DNA of 64,000 nucleotides from the human T2T-CHM13v2.0 reference genome, Homo sapiens: NCBI RefSeq assembly GCF_009914755.1, contig NC_060926.1. One strand, 5' to 3'. Under the pieces are notes generated by a model, which saw only the letters and a list, made by a program, of their open reading frames with translations, was not told where the DNA came from and did not search any database. Below, one piece after another: positions 51,095 to 63,691 of this stretch. A program made the position numbers and the translations under genes. How positions within the stretch are numbered: position 1 is the first letter of the stretch; every line of letters begins with the position of its first letter.

Positions 51095-52705
51095 TTCTTT
51101 TTTTTATACTTTTGTTTTATGTTTGGGGTACATGCACAGGTTTGTTACATAGGCAAATGTGTGTCATGGGGGTTTGTTGTACCTATGATTGCATCACCCA
51201 GGTATTAAACCTATTACCCATTAGTTATTTTTCCTGATCCTTTCCCTCTGCCTACCCTACACCCGTAGATAGGCCCCTGTGTGTGTTGTTCACCTCTGTG
51301 TGTCCATGAGTTCTCATCACTTAGCTTGCACTTGTGAGAACATGTGGTATTTGCTTTTCTGTTCCTGCATTAGTTTACTAAGTATAATGGCCTCCAACTT
51401 CATCCATGACCCTGCAAGGGACATGATCTCATTATTTTCTATGGCTGCATAGTATTCCATAGTGCATATGTACCACATTGTCTTTATTCAGTCTACCATT
51501 AATGGACATTTAGGTTGATTCCATGTCTATGCTATTGTGAATAGTGATGCAATGAACATATCTGTGTATGTATCTTCATAAGAGAACAATTTATATGCCT
51601 TTGGGTGTATACCCAGTAATGGGATTGCTGGGTCAAATGGTATTTTTGTTTTTAGGTCTTTGAGGAGTTGCCATACTGTCTTCCACAATGTCTTTTACAC
51701 TCCCACCAGCAGCGTATAAGCATTTCTTTTTCCCCACAACTTCGCCATCTGTTGTTTTTTGACTTTTTAATAACTATTCTGATTGGTGTGAGATGGCATC
51801 TCATTGAGGTTTTCATTTGCATTCCTCTAATATCAGTGATGCTGAGGTTTTTTCATATGATTGTTGGCCGTATGTATGTCTTCTTTTAAGAAGTGTCGAG
51901 CAACTTCAGCAAAGTCTCAAGATACAAAATCATTTTGCAAAAATCGCTAGCATTCCTATACACCTATACAATCAAGCGGAGAGACAAATCATGAACAAGC
52001 TCCCATTCACAATTGCAACAAAAAGAATAAAATACCTGGGAATACAGCTGACTAGGGAGGTAAAAGACATCTACAATGAGAACTAAAAACCACTGCTCAA
52101 AGAAATCAGAGATGACCGAAACAAAAGGAGAAACATTGCATGCCCATGCATAAGAAGAAGAAATACTATTAAAATGGCCATGCTGCCCAAAGCAATTTAT
52201 AGATTCATTTCTATTCCCATTAAACTACCATTGACATTCTTTAGAGAACTAAGAAAAACTTTCTGAAGATTCATATGGAACAAAAAAGAGCCCAAATAGC
52301 CAAGGTAATCCTAAGCAAAAAGAACAAGGCATAATGGTACCCAACTTCAAACTATACTACAGGGTTACAGTAACCAAAACAGCATGATACTGGTACAAGA
52401 ACCAACACATAGACCAATGAAACTGAATACAGAACCCAGAAATACAACTGCACACCTACAACTATCTGATCTGTGACAAACCTGACACAAACAAGCCCCA
52501 GGGAAAGAATTCCCTATTTAATAAATGGTGCTGGGATAACCGATTAGCCATATGCAGAAAATTGAAACTGGACTCCTTCGTTAGGCCATATACAAAAATT
52601 AACTCAAGATGGATTAAAGACTTAAATGCAAAACCCAAAACTATAAAAGCCCTGGAAGACAATCTAAGCAATGCCATTCTGCACATGGGAATGGGCAAAG
52701 ATTTC
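51095..52705 (-). mobile_element. 5'-inverted (twin-primed) L1PA (L1PA10-12-like)
   Basis: 51095-51896 is the antisense 3' end with poly(T); 51897-52705 is sense ORF2 (agcaacttcagcaaagtctc...gggcaaagatttc). Confidence 0.88.
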
Positions 52706-52789
52706 TGTAAGGAAACCAGGACAAGAGGCTTTATTTTTTAATGTGTAATGTAATGTATTGACAGTTCTCTAAAACCTGGCACCATAAGG

Positions 52790-53070
52790 TGTCATGCAGT
52801 AGCGAAATTAGCCCAAACATTTGGTGTCAGACTTGGGCTCAATCTCCAGCTATACCAAATAGTATATGCAAAACTTTGGACAACTTGTTACACTGTACTA
52901 GATATATTTTTCTTTTATTTTTCTCTGTTTTTTTTCTTATCTTTTCTCTTTTATTCTTATAAAAAAGGCATGGAATAATATACCTTTTATAAGGATTAAA
53001 TTAGATTACATTGATAAAGTACATAACAAAGTTCCTGGCACTGAATATGTTTTCAAAAACTGACAGATAC
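52790..53070 (+). mobile_element. MIR SINE
   Basis: gtcagacttgggctcaatctccagct...actttggacaa...aggattaaattagat...gttcctggcac. Confidence 0.6.
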
Positions 53071-53945
53071 AGTGAGTGATACCTTGCATTGTGATCTGAT
53101 GGAAGAAAGAGAAACCTTGGCCTCATTTCGATTGAATTAAACCAACCAATAACTGCAAGGAAAATTCAGTCAAATGGACATTTTAACATGCTGTTGATCA
53201 AACATGTGATCTGATTGGCAACAAAGAAAAACTCGTGGAGAATATACAACTTCAAAATTTCTTCCATCAACTCAAGAAAACACAGTTTGTTAATAAGTAG
53301 AAGTTTCATGTTTTCTCAGTTATTCTTGTTGATTCACTAACAGGCCAAGGAAAAGGATATATGTCAATGGATTCTGAGGCAAATGACCACAAAGTAGCCC
53401 TCCACAGATATATTTGGTACTCCCAAGCAGAATGAAGTCCCGACCACCACAATAAAATGCACTTGCTAAGAGGGTTTTAGCATACCTCAAACTCTCCTGA
53501 TTGCTCTGGAAACTGGTTTAAAACCTGCCTGTGTACAGGTGCAAGTACTTGGTAAAAACATAATTTGTGAGACTGAGCAAGCCAAAAGTCAAGCTGCATC
53601 CAGATATTCCAAGAATTATACATTTTATTAGAAGAAATCAGCTCAGATTTGTCTGACATCTATTCCTGACAGCAAATATGTATGCTATTTCTATGCAGTT
53701 AATCTAAAATCACTTAGCATTACTTAGATTTGATTCAAGTCTTCTCCTCTTACTTTACTCATATAATGACTACAGTGTGAGTTAGAGCTTTGCAGGGGTA
53801 CACACACACACACACACACAGACAAGACACATTATATTAGTGTGTTTGAGTGTGTGTATTTCTAAATAGGCTTAAATTCACATATTCTTGGTTAATGATG
53901 TGAAATGTTTTATTTGTAAATTTTTCCATTGATAGAGCCTAGATC

Positions 53946-54133
53946 AGTTGTTCTTAAACTTTAATGAATATAAATGTTACCTAGGGAGTTTATTTTAAAA
54001 TGTAGATTCCTGAACTACACCATGAAAATCCCAATTTTATTAATCTAGAGTAAGGCCCAGAGATCTGCATTTTAATAAGCATCTTTGGCGTTTCTGATTC
54101 AAGAGGTCTTTGACTTCACTATAAGAAACAAGG
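53946..54133. mobile_element. MER5 (hAT-Charlie) element
   Basis: cagttgttcttaaacttt...aaatgtagattcctg...ggcccagagatctgcattttaataagc. Confidence 0.7.
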
Positions 54134-54229
54134 GTCTAGAGGGTCTAGGATTTTTGTTTGAATTTGTCTCAATGATTAGTTAGGAGAACACATAGAATTA
54201 CTTTAAACCTGCAATAGCAGACAACTTGA

Positions 54230-54840
54230 TTTAGTTTCACCACCCTCATTATGTAAAGGAGGAATGCAAAGCCCAGAAACATGCAATGATGCAATATTAG
54301 TTAAAATAATAGCTAATATTTGCAGTATGTTACCAGACACTGTGTAAGTACTTTGCCTTTATTATCTTATTATTCTTTAATAATCATATTATTATCCCTA
54401 TTGTGTAGATGACAGAACCAAAAATTAAAGAGCATACATCGCTTTCTTCAAGTCGCAAGACTAATACATTTGGAGTTGGCATTGAAACATGGGCCATCAG
54501 AGTACACAGTAGAAGAGCAACAACAAAAGTAATAATAACAATAGAAATAAACCAACATTTGCCAAGTGCCCATTATGTACCAGACTCCCTGCTAAGTTTT
54601 CTATGTGGATTAATTTTGTTTTCCTCACTTAACTCTACAAGGGTGGAATTATAATTATTCCCTCTTTATGGATGCAGAAACTGAAACTAAGAGAGAATAA
54701 GTAACTTGCTCTACATCGTACAGAATGAAGGAGCTTGGTTATGAACTCCAGGGTTTAGCTGTAAAGCTCATTCTCTTAGCCCCTAAGACAAGAGTTTGAA
54801 ATTGCTTGACTTCCAGTTGAGTCCTCTTTCCAGTACCACA
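54230..54840 (-). mobile_element. Cluster of MIR SINEs
   Basis: Repeated MIR cores: attattatccctattgtgtagatga; tttatggatgcagaaactgaaactaagagagaataagtaacttgc. Confidence 0.65.
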
Positions 54841-54924
54841 GATAACTGAAAATATAGAGTAGTGTCTTACCAGGACCCAACAGGAAATGCATTATTGGCA
54901 TCGATGTATAAACATGTGTATGAA

Positions 54925-55264
54925 TGATATGGTTTGGCTTTGTTTCCTCACTCAAAGGTCATCTTGAATTGTAATCTCCACATGTCAAGGGAGAGACCGT
55001 GTGGGAGGTGGTTGGATCATGAGGTCGGTTTCCCCCATGCTGTTCTCTTGATAGTGAGTGAGTTTTCATGAGATCTGATGGTTTGCTCACCACTCTCTCT
55101 CTCCCGCTGCCATGTAAGATGTGCCTCTTCCCCTTTTGCCATGATTGTAAGTTTCCTGATGCCTCCCCAGCCCTGTGGAACTGTGAGTCAATTAAACTTC
55201 TTTTCTTTATACATTACCCAGTCTTGGGTATGCCTTTATAGCAGTGTGAAAGCAAACTAATACT
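54925..55264 (+). mobile_element. THE1 (MaLR) solo LTR
   Basis: tgatatggtttggct...tgccatgattgtaagtttcctga...gcagtgtgaaagcaaactaatac; TSD atgaa/acgaa. Confidence 0.88.
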
Positions 55265-56367
55265 ACGAACATGTACATTTATGTATCATTTAGGATTCTT
55301 TTTTTCTTTTTCCTTTTTAGCAATTGCAGGACATTTAGGATTCTTAATTGCATGTAACAGAAATTGATTGGAACTAACTGAAGCTGAGTGACAGTTTACA
55401 TGAAGGATCTAGAGGAAGAAGATATAAAACACATAATTATTAATACATAATAGATGAACTCCTTTGTCATGGCAGAATATTTAAGCCACTGGTACATCTG
55501 CCATGAATGAATGTTAAACCAAAGATTAAAAGTGCTAAGCAGGAAGATGTCAGTAGCCAAGGATGTGTCAATTGACTGCATTTTACCCTGCAAGGTGTGG
55601 GAGAGAATGTACCTGCCCCTGCCTCTTTCGATGGAGTATTCTTCTAATCAGAACATGGTTGGGTCTTGGTGGCTGAGGAAAACAAATGTCCTGCAGCAAT
55701 TATCCATAAACAAATGTCTCAATTAGGAACACTCAACAAGGTGATTTCTGACATAAGCCGATACTTTAAGGAAATTTCTTGTAGTTTAGCAAAAAGCATT
55801 GAAATATTTTGAGTGAAATATAAATGAAATGTAGTAGCAACATTATCTTTTATGTTTATAAAATTTTAAAATTTGAGGCAATTATGTCATAAAAAGATAA
55901 ATTAAATTGAATTGTTGAAGCAGAGAGTCAAAATTTAGATGACTTGACCTTGTATTTGTGGATTTACGTTATATTTGTAAGTAGGTCACTGTAGTTAAGA
56001 TAATAACCTAAACTTTTTGAAAATTCTGGATGGAAGAAGAGAGATAGAAAAGTATTCTACTGAGTCTGGACTATTCTGGTCTTTTTGATGCCTCACATGG
56101 GGTCTTAAGAATGAATAACCAAGATATTAGAAAATATTCTGATGTTAAATTATTGTTGGATTTTCTTTTGAGGGACTAAAGAACAGAGCACAACTCTCTA
56201 TGTGAGGGCAAGGTTTTCCTTGAAGCAAATCAAATTTCCCCCATTAGTCATTCTAGGATATAAAATGGGACCATAGGGAGGAGGCCTCTGGACTTCAGGT
56301 AGGGAAAATCTTTTATCTCTGGAGCTTAAGATATTTGGCACAGAAACTATTCTATACAGTCATATAT

Positions 56368-56890
56368 AGTTTTTTTTAACAGCTTTATTGAAGTATAATT
56401 GCCATACAATTAACTGCACCTATTTAAAGTGTACAAGTTGATGAGTTTATATATATATATATATATATATTTATGTATCTATGAAAACATCACCAAAATT
56501 AAGATAATAAATATATCCATAATTTCTGCAAGTTTCATTAAGTCCTTTGTAATTTACCTTTAACTTCTCCATCTGCCATCATTGTCCCCAGGCAGCCTCT
56601 GATGTGTGCTATCTTTCTTAATGCATTACATATTTTAGTATATATGAATGTAATCATGTAATATGTACTGTTTTGTCTAACTTCTTTCATTCAATATACA
56701 TTTTGAGATTCTCCATTTTTCTGTATGTATGAGTAAAATACTTCATTCATTTTTATTGCTGAGGAGGATTCCATTTTATGGATATAGCACAATTGGTTTA
56801 ACTATCCATTTTTAAACATTTTAGTTGTTTGCATTATTGGCTATTACAAATAAAGCTTTTATGAGAATTTGCTTACAAACTTTTGTCTGA
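56368..56890 (-). mobile_element. Old L1M 3' end
   Basis: ttttaacagctttattgaagtataattg...aaagtgtacaa...ggctattacaaataaagct. Confidence 0.78.
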
Positions 56891-56891
56891 A

Positions 56892-57075
56892 TGCAATGGC
56901 TAATTTTATGTATTAACTTCACTGGGAAAACGGATGCCCAGAAAGCTGGTAAAACATTGTTTCTGGGTGTGTCTGTGAGGTGTTTTTGGAAGAGATTAGC
57001 ATTTGAACCAGTAGTCTGGGTAAGAAGATCTCCCTCACCAATGTGGGGTGTGTATCATTCAATCTATTGAGAGCA
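56892..57075 (+). mobile_element. MLT2 LTR, 5' part only
   Basis: atggctaattttatgt...ctgggtgtgtctgtgaggtgtttttggaagagattagcatttgaa; similar to 3895-4070 and ends abruptly. Confidence 0.75.
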
Positions 57076-58550
57076 TATTATTTTTTGATTTTTGAACTAT
57101 GGCTATTCTGGCAGGAGTAAGGTGGAATCACATTGTGGTTTTGATTTGCATTTCCCTGATAATTAGTGATGTTGAGCATTTTTGCATGTATTTGTTGGCC
57201 ATTTCTGTATCTTCTATTGAGAATTGTCAATTCATGTTCTTAGCCCACTTTTTGATGGGATTATTTATTTATTTTTCTTGCTGATTTGCTTGAGTTCTTG
57301 TATATTCTGGATATTAGTCTTTTGTCAGATGCATGGTTTGGGAAGATTTTCTCCCACTCTGTGGGTTGTGTGTTTACTCTGCTGATTATTTCCATTGCTG
57401 TGCAGAAGCTTTTTAGTTTAATTAAGTCCCATCTATTTATCTTTGTTTTTGTTGTATTTACTTTTCAGTTCTTAGTCATGAAGTCTTTGCCTAAGCCAAT
57501 ATCTAGAAGTGTTTTTTTCTGATGTTAACTTACAGGATTTTTATGGTTTCAGGTCTTAGATTTAATTCTCTGATCCATCCCAGCACCATTTGTTGAATAG
57601 GGTGTACTTTCCCCATTTTATGTTTTGTTTGCTTTGTCAAAGATCAGTTGTCTGTAAGTATTTGGGTTTATTTCTGGGTTCTCTTCTGTTTCATTGGTTT
57701 ATGTGACTGTTCTATACCACTGCCATGCTGTTTTGGTAACTCTAGTCTTGCAGTCTAGTTTGAAGTCGGGTAATGTGATGCCTCCGGATTTTTTCTTTTT
57801 GTTTTGTCTTGCTTTGGCTATGTGGGTTCTTTTTTGGTTCTATATGAATTTCAGGATTTTTTTTTCTTGTTTTGTGAAGAACGATGGTGGTATTTTTATG
57901 GGAATTGCATTGAATTTGTAGATTGTTTTTGAAAGTATGGTAATTTTCACAATACTGATTCTACTAATCCATGAGCATGGGATGTGTCTCTATTTGTTTG
58001 TATGTCTATGATTTCTTTCAGCAGTGTTTTGTAGTTTTCCTTGTAGCAATCTTTCACCTCCTTGGTTAGGTATATTTCTGAGTATTTTATTTTATTTTTA
58101 TTTTTGCAGCTATTGTAAAAGGGGTTGAGTTCTTGATTTGATTCTCAGCTTGGTTGCTCGTGGTGTATACCAGTGCTACTGATGTGTGTACATTGAGTTT
58201 GTATCCTGAAACTTTACTGAATTCATTTATCAGAACTAGGAGCTTTTTGGATGAGTCTTTAGGGTTTTCTAGGTATACAATCATATCACTGGCAGACAGC
58301 GACAGTTTGACTTCCTCTTTACTGATTTGGATGCCCTTTATTTCTTTCTGTTGTCTAATTACTCTGGCTAAGACTTCCAGTGCTGTGTTGAATAGAAGTG
58401 ATGAAAGTGGGCATTCTTGTCTTGTTCCAGTTTTCAGGGGGAATGCTTCCAACTTTTCTCCATTCAATATAATGTTGGCTGTGGGTTTGCCATAGATAGC
58501 ATTTATTACCTTAAGGTATGTCCCTTCTATACCGATCTTGCTAAGTGTTT
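57076..58550 (-). mobile_element. L1PB-like ORF2 fragment (no tail, no TSD)
   Basis: RT remnant ORF 58087-58602 ([27 protein letters not shown]); ~75-bp internal deletion near 57580. Confidence 0.85.
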
Positions 58551-61500
58551 GAAAAACTTGTTTTTTAATGTTTGTCTTATATCCTAAATTCACTGAACTC
58601 ATTTACTAGCTCTAGTATGTTCTTTTATAGACTCCTTGGGATTGTCTCACAGGAAATCATTTCATCTGCATGCCCTTTATTTCTGTTTCTTGCTTTATTG
58701 TGCTGGTAGAACTTCTAGTGTTTTGTTAAATAAATATGGAGATAGTGGATATCCTTACCGTATTTCTAATCTTAGAGGTAAAGCAATCTGTCACCATTAC
58801 ATATACATATAATATTATCTTGATTAGCAATAATAGTCATAATATTATTTTGTAGATGCTCTTGATCAAGTTGTGGAAGTTACCATTATTTCTGTATTTC
58901 TAGAGTTTTCATCATGAATCATGTTATGTTTTGTAAGTCTTTTTCTAAATAAGTTGATATGACCATATGCTCTTTCTTCTTTAACTATTAATATGATGGA
59001 TTCCACTGACTGATTATGCAATATCAAATCAACCTGGAGAACATCCACTTGGCCTTTGCATATAATTGTTTTTATATATTGTATAATTCTGATTGATATT
59101 ATCAGTTAAGGCTTTTTTGCATCTATATTTATGATGACTATTGGTCTGCAGTTTTCTTTTTTGTAATATCTTTGTTTAATTTTCCCTCTGGGTAATAACA
59201 AATAAAAATAGGTGTCCCTACTTTTATTTCCTAGAAGAGATTGTGTAGAATTGGTGCTGATTTTTCATTAAATATTAGGTAGAATTCTTAAGGAAAATAG
59301 CTAGTTCTAAACATCTCTATTTGGGAAGTTTTAAAATTAAGAATTCAATGGCTTCACTATGTATAGGTAAACTTACATTATCTATTTCATATTGGGCATG
59401 CTGTAGTTGCCTGAGTTTTTAAAGGAATCTGTCTATTATATCTAGGTTGCCAAATGTATGGGTGTAGAATTGTTTGTAGTATTTCTTTACTATCCTTTTG
59501 ATATCTTCAGTATCTGTAGTAACATCCCCCATTCACGCCTGATAATTGTAATTTTTGTCTTCTCTTTATTTTCATTGTCTTGTTAGATGTTTGCCAGTTT
59601 TTAAAAAAATAACCAACTGTTTTGTTGACTTTTTGTATGGTTTTAATTTGTCTACTTTCTTCATTTGGCTTATTATTTGATTCCATGTATTTTTTGAGTT
59701 TATTATGCTTTTTTTCCCTAGGTTCTGGAGTTTGAAGTTTATTCATTTGAGATTTTTTTTGTTGCATTTACTGCTATAAATTTCACTTGTTTCACTTTAT
59801 ATACTCTTTTAGCTGTGCCTCACAAATTTTAATGTTTTAAAATTTTAATATTTTTATTTACACTCAATTCTATATATTATTTCATTTTCCTTCACATTTC
59901 CTCTTTGACTTATGAATAATGTAGAAATATATTGCTTAGTTTCAAGGTGTTTGAAGATTTTTTGTTAGGTTTTGTTAATAATTTCTTATTTGATTCTACT
60001 GTGGTCAGAAGACACTCCATATTATTTCAATGCTTTTTAATTTGCTGATGTTATTTTATAGCTCAGCATATAATTTAACTTGATATATTTTCTGCTGGCA
60101 CTTGAAAATAATGTATATTCTGCTGTTGGCTGGAATGCTTTTTAGAGGCTAAACAAATCCTTTTAGTTTATATGCTCTTCAGTTCTTCAATATCCTTTCT
60201 GATTTTCCATCTAGTTGTTCTATCAATTGTTGAGAGAGGGCTGTTGAAGTCTCTAATTATAATTTTATGTCAGTCTTCTTCTCCTTTCAGTTTTATCAGC
60301 TTTTGCCTCACTTTTTACCACTGTTTTTTGATGTATAGATGTTAGAATTTGTATAACATTTTAATGTGTTGAATTATTTATTATTATTTAATATCTCACT
60401 CCTTGCTCTTAGATCTACTTTGTCTGACATTAATATAGCCACCCTTGTTTTTATTTGTTTAATTATTGCATGGTATATATTTTTTTCCTCCTTTTACTTT
60501 CAATATGACTATTTTCATATATTTGAAGTGAGTTTCTTATACAAGGAATACAGAGGGGTCATGCTTTTTGTAAATCCACTGTGCCAATCTCTATCTTTTA
60601 GTTGATGCATTTAGACCATTTATATTTAATGTAGTTATTGATGTGCTATGGCTTAATTTGGGTATTTTGTTTATTTATTTTTGTTTTCTTTTTGCTCTCT
60701 CTGTTTTTCATTTATCTGGTTCTTTTTTATTTTCTGTGGGTTACCTGAACATTTCTTAAGGTTTATTTTGATTTATTTGTATGGATTTCCTAATGGTTGC
60801 TCTTGGCCTTAACTTATACATACATAACTTATAGTTGACTGATGTTATTTTATCAGGTTGAATGAATTGCGAAGCTCTTATGTCTTTTTTGTAATTTTAT
60901 TCTCTCTCATCTATAACATAATTATCTTAAATATTTTCTCTCTACGATTCTCATATCTTTAGAATCACATCTGGCAGTGTTATACTTTTTACTTCAACAA
61001 ATATAATTTTAAAAATTCAAGAGAAAAATGTTTAATGAATTAATCTATGTTTTGCTTACTATGTTATTTCTTATTTCATAATTATTACACAGTTCTTTCT
61101 TACATCATTCTATTTCTGTTTAGAGAACTTCCTTTGCTGTTTTTAGGGTAAGCCTACTATTGAAAAGTTCTCTTAGTTCTCCTTCCTCTGAAAGTTACTT
61201 TATTTTTTCTTAACTCCTGAAGTATATATTTTCTGAGTATAGGATTTTTAATTGATAAGTTCTTCCTTATAAGCACTTGAAAATATGCCACTTTCTTTTG
61301 GCCTCTTGAATTTTCATGGAAAATCCACTTAAAATCTTATTTTCCCCAGAGGTAACTACTATGTTTCTCAAGATTTTTCTTTGTCTTTAGTTTACAAACT
61401 TCAGTTCTTATAGAATATTTTTCTTTGTTTTATCCTGTTTGAATTTGCCTGACTTCTTACATCTGTAGTTTTAAGACTGAAGCTTAATTTGGCAGGTTTT

Positions 61501-61884
61501 TAGCCATGATTTCTTTAAGTACTTTTTCAGCCCCATCTCCATTCTCCTCTTTTTCTGGATCTCTGGTGACAAAAATAATAGATATCTTGTTACAATTCTA
61601 AGGGTTCCTGAAGCAAAGTTCAATTTTTTTTTAGTCTGTTTTTTTTCCTGTTGTTCATATTGGGTAATTTCTATTGGCTATCTTCTGTTGCACTGATTCT
61701 TTCCTCTGTCTATGGCATTAGGCTATTTATGTGAAATGCCCATCTGCTAAGCATTTCATATAAATTAACTGCGTTTTTCAATTCTAAAATAACAATTTGT
61801 ATCTTCTATACAGGTTCTGTTTCTTTGCTGAGACTTTCTGTTTCTTTGTTAAATTTTTCTATTTTTTCATTTGTTCATAGTATG

Positions 61885-62268
61885 TGTATTGGTTCATTTT
61901 CACACTGCCGATAAAGACATGCCCAAGACTGGAAACAAAAGAGGTTTAATTGGACTTAACAGTTGCATGTGGCTGGGAAGGCCTCAGAAATATGGTGGGA
62001 GACGAAAACAAATTCCGAATTATGGTGGGAGGCAAAAGGCAATTCTCATATGGCGGTGGCAAGAGAAAATGAGGAGGAAGCAAAAGTGGAAACCCCTGGT
62101 AAACCCATGAAATCTCATGAGACTTAGTCACTATCATGAGAATAGCATGGGAAAGACTGGCTCCCATGGTTCAATTACCTCCCTCTAGGTCCTTCCCATA
62201 ACATGTGGGGATTCTGGGAGATATAATTCAAGTTGAGATTTGGGTGGGGACACAGCCAAACCATATCA
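61885..62268 (-). mobile_element. THE1C-type (MaLR) solo LTR
   Basis: tgtattggttcattttcacactgccgataaagacat...gacacagccaaaccatatca; TSD gtatg/gtata. Confidence 0.88.
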
Positions 62269-62349
62269 GTATATATTAATTGGTCGTTGAAGCATTTTTA
62301 TCATGGCTTTTTAAAGTTTTTGTCAGAAATTTTTAATACCTCTGACATA

Positions 62350-62397
62350 TTAATGTTGGCATTTACTTATTACCTTTTAAGTAAATGCCAACATTAA
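62350..62397. repeat. Perfect 20-bp inverted repeat with 8-nt loop
   Basis: ttaatgttggcatttactta-ttaccttt-taagtaaatgccaacattaa. Confidence 0.95.
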
Positions 62398-63047
62398 GTT
62401 TGGTTTGAGGAAAATATTTTCTCCTCTTCCTTGTTCTTTGTATGAGAAGTGAGTTTTGATTGAATCCTGGATATTTTTCACTTTATGCCATAAGACTCTG
62501 TATTTAAATCTATTTAAGTGCCTCATTACTGCCAAGTATTACTGCCAGGTAAAGGTATACATCCAAGTTTTTCATTTAGCATCCACTGACAAGCAGTATG
62601 GGGGTGCTCCTCATTACTATTGAGTGAGAGTAGGATTTCCCGCTTCACATGTGATCTCAGCTGACGCTATAAGGTGTCAATGGATTGCAGCAATGAAATT
62701 ATAACTCCATACATGGTTCTCACTGACACTATTCAGGTGTGTGTATGTTGGAGCCACAAAATTTCTTTCTGTAGTGTTTGGCTGAAAAGAGAGATTATTC
62801 TTTAAAAGCTTCATGTTCTGCCTGCTGTCTATTTCTGGTCCTGCAGTAAAGAGAGCAGGGATTTTCTTGAGGGTTTGTGTGTCACCTTTATTGATGATGC
62901 TTCCAGTGTGTGGGCTTCATCATTTTCATATTTGGGACACGTGAAGGAAGAATAAAATCCAAGGGGTTTACCTTATCTCATCCCTCTGGTCCTGACATCT
63001 CCTTCCAATAAGTTGTCTTCTCTCCACCTTTCAAGATTTTCTAATGG

Positions 63048-63049
<2 letters not shown>

Positions 63050-63095
<46 letters not shown>
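63050..63095. repeat. (TG)23 microsatellite
   Basis: Uninterrupted TG tract. Confidence 0.95.
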
Positions 63096-63096
<1 letters not shown>

Positions 63097-63203
63097 TCTT
63101 GTATTCTTGGTTGTATTTAGCAGAAGTAATAGGGAAAACTATGTCTACTCCTTGTTCCTAGAAGTAGAATTTCTTTATCCCAATTTTTAATTGGATTGTT
63201 TGT

Positions 63204-63691
63204 TGTTATGGCCTAAATTGTGGCCCCATCCCAAATTAATATGTTGAAGCCCTAAACCCCAATGAGACTATCTGTGGAGATAAGGCTTTTAAGGAGGTAA
63301 TTAAAGTTAAATGAGGCTATAATGGTGGGCCCTAATCCAATATAATTTGTGTTCATACGAGAAGAGGAAGAGACATCAGGAGTGTGCACACACAGAGAAA
63401 AGACCATGTGAAGACACAATGAGTATGTGGCTGTCTGCAAGACAGAAAGAGAGGCCTCACCAGTAACTAACCATACTGACAACTTAATATTGAACTTTAG
63501 CCTTCAGAACTATGAGAACATAATTATACAAAATATGAAAAATATGAAATTATGAAAATTATGAAAAAATTATGGAAATTATGAAAATTATGACAAATAT
63601 GATAATATAGTGTTCTGGTATCAGAAACAATTTATTGTTTAAACCACCTCATTGTGGTATTTTGTTATCACATCCCAAATAGTCAAATACA
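63204..63691 (+). mobile_element. MLT1A/B (MaLR) solo LTR with internal tandem repeat
   Basis: tgttatggcctaaattgtg...ggccctaatccaat...ccttcagaactatgag...tggtattttgttat...aataca. Confidence 0.82.

Larger units (their letters stand above)
58560..63040 (-). mobile_element. Old L1M (ORF2, ORF1 and 5' region), interrupted by THE1
   Basis: Continuous T-rich degenerate L1 antisense (ttgtgtagaattggt; ttgaagtctctaattataat; tttagaccatttatatttaatgt; cactttcttttggcctc). Confidence 0.75.

Noticed and set aside
55750-56130. Possible ancient hAT transposase remnant
   Set aside because: Only a vague resemblance in broken frames; needs an nhmmer/Dfam search
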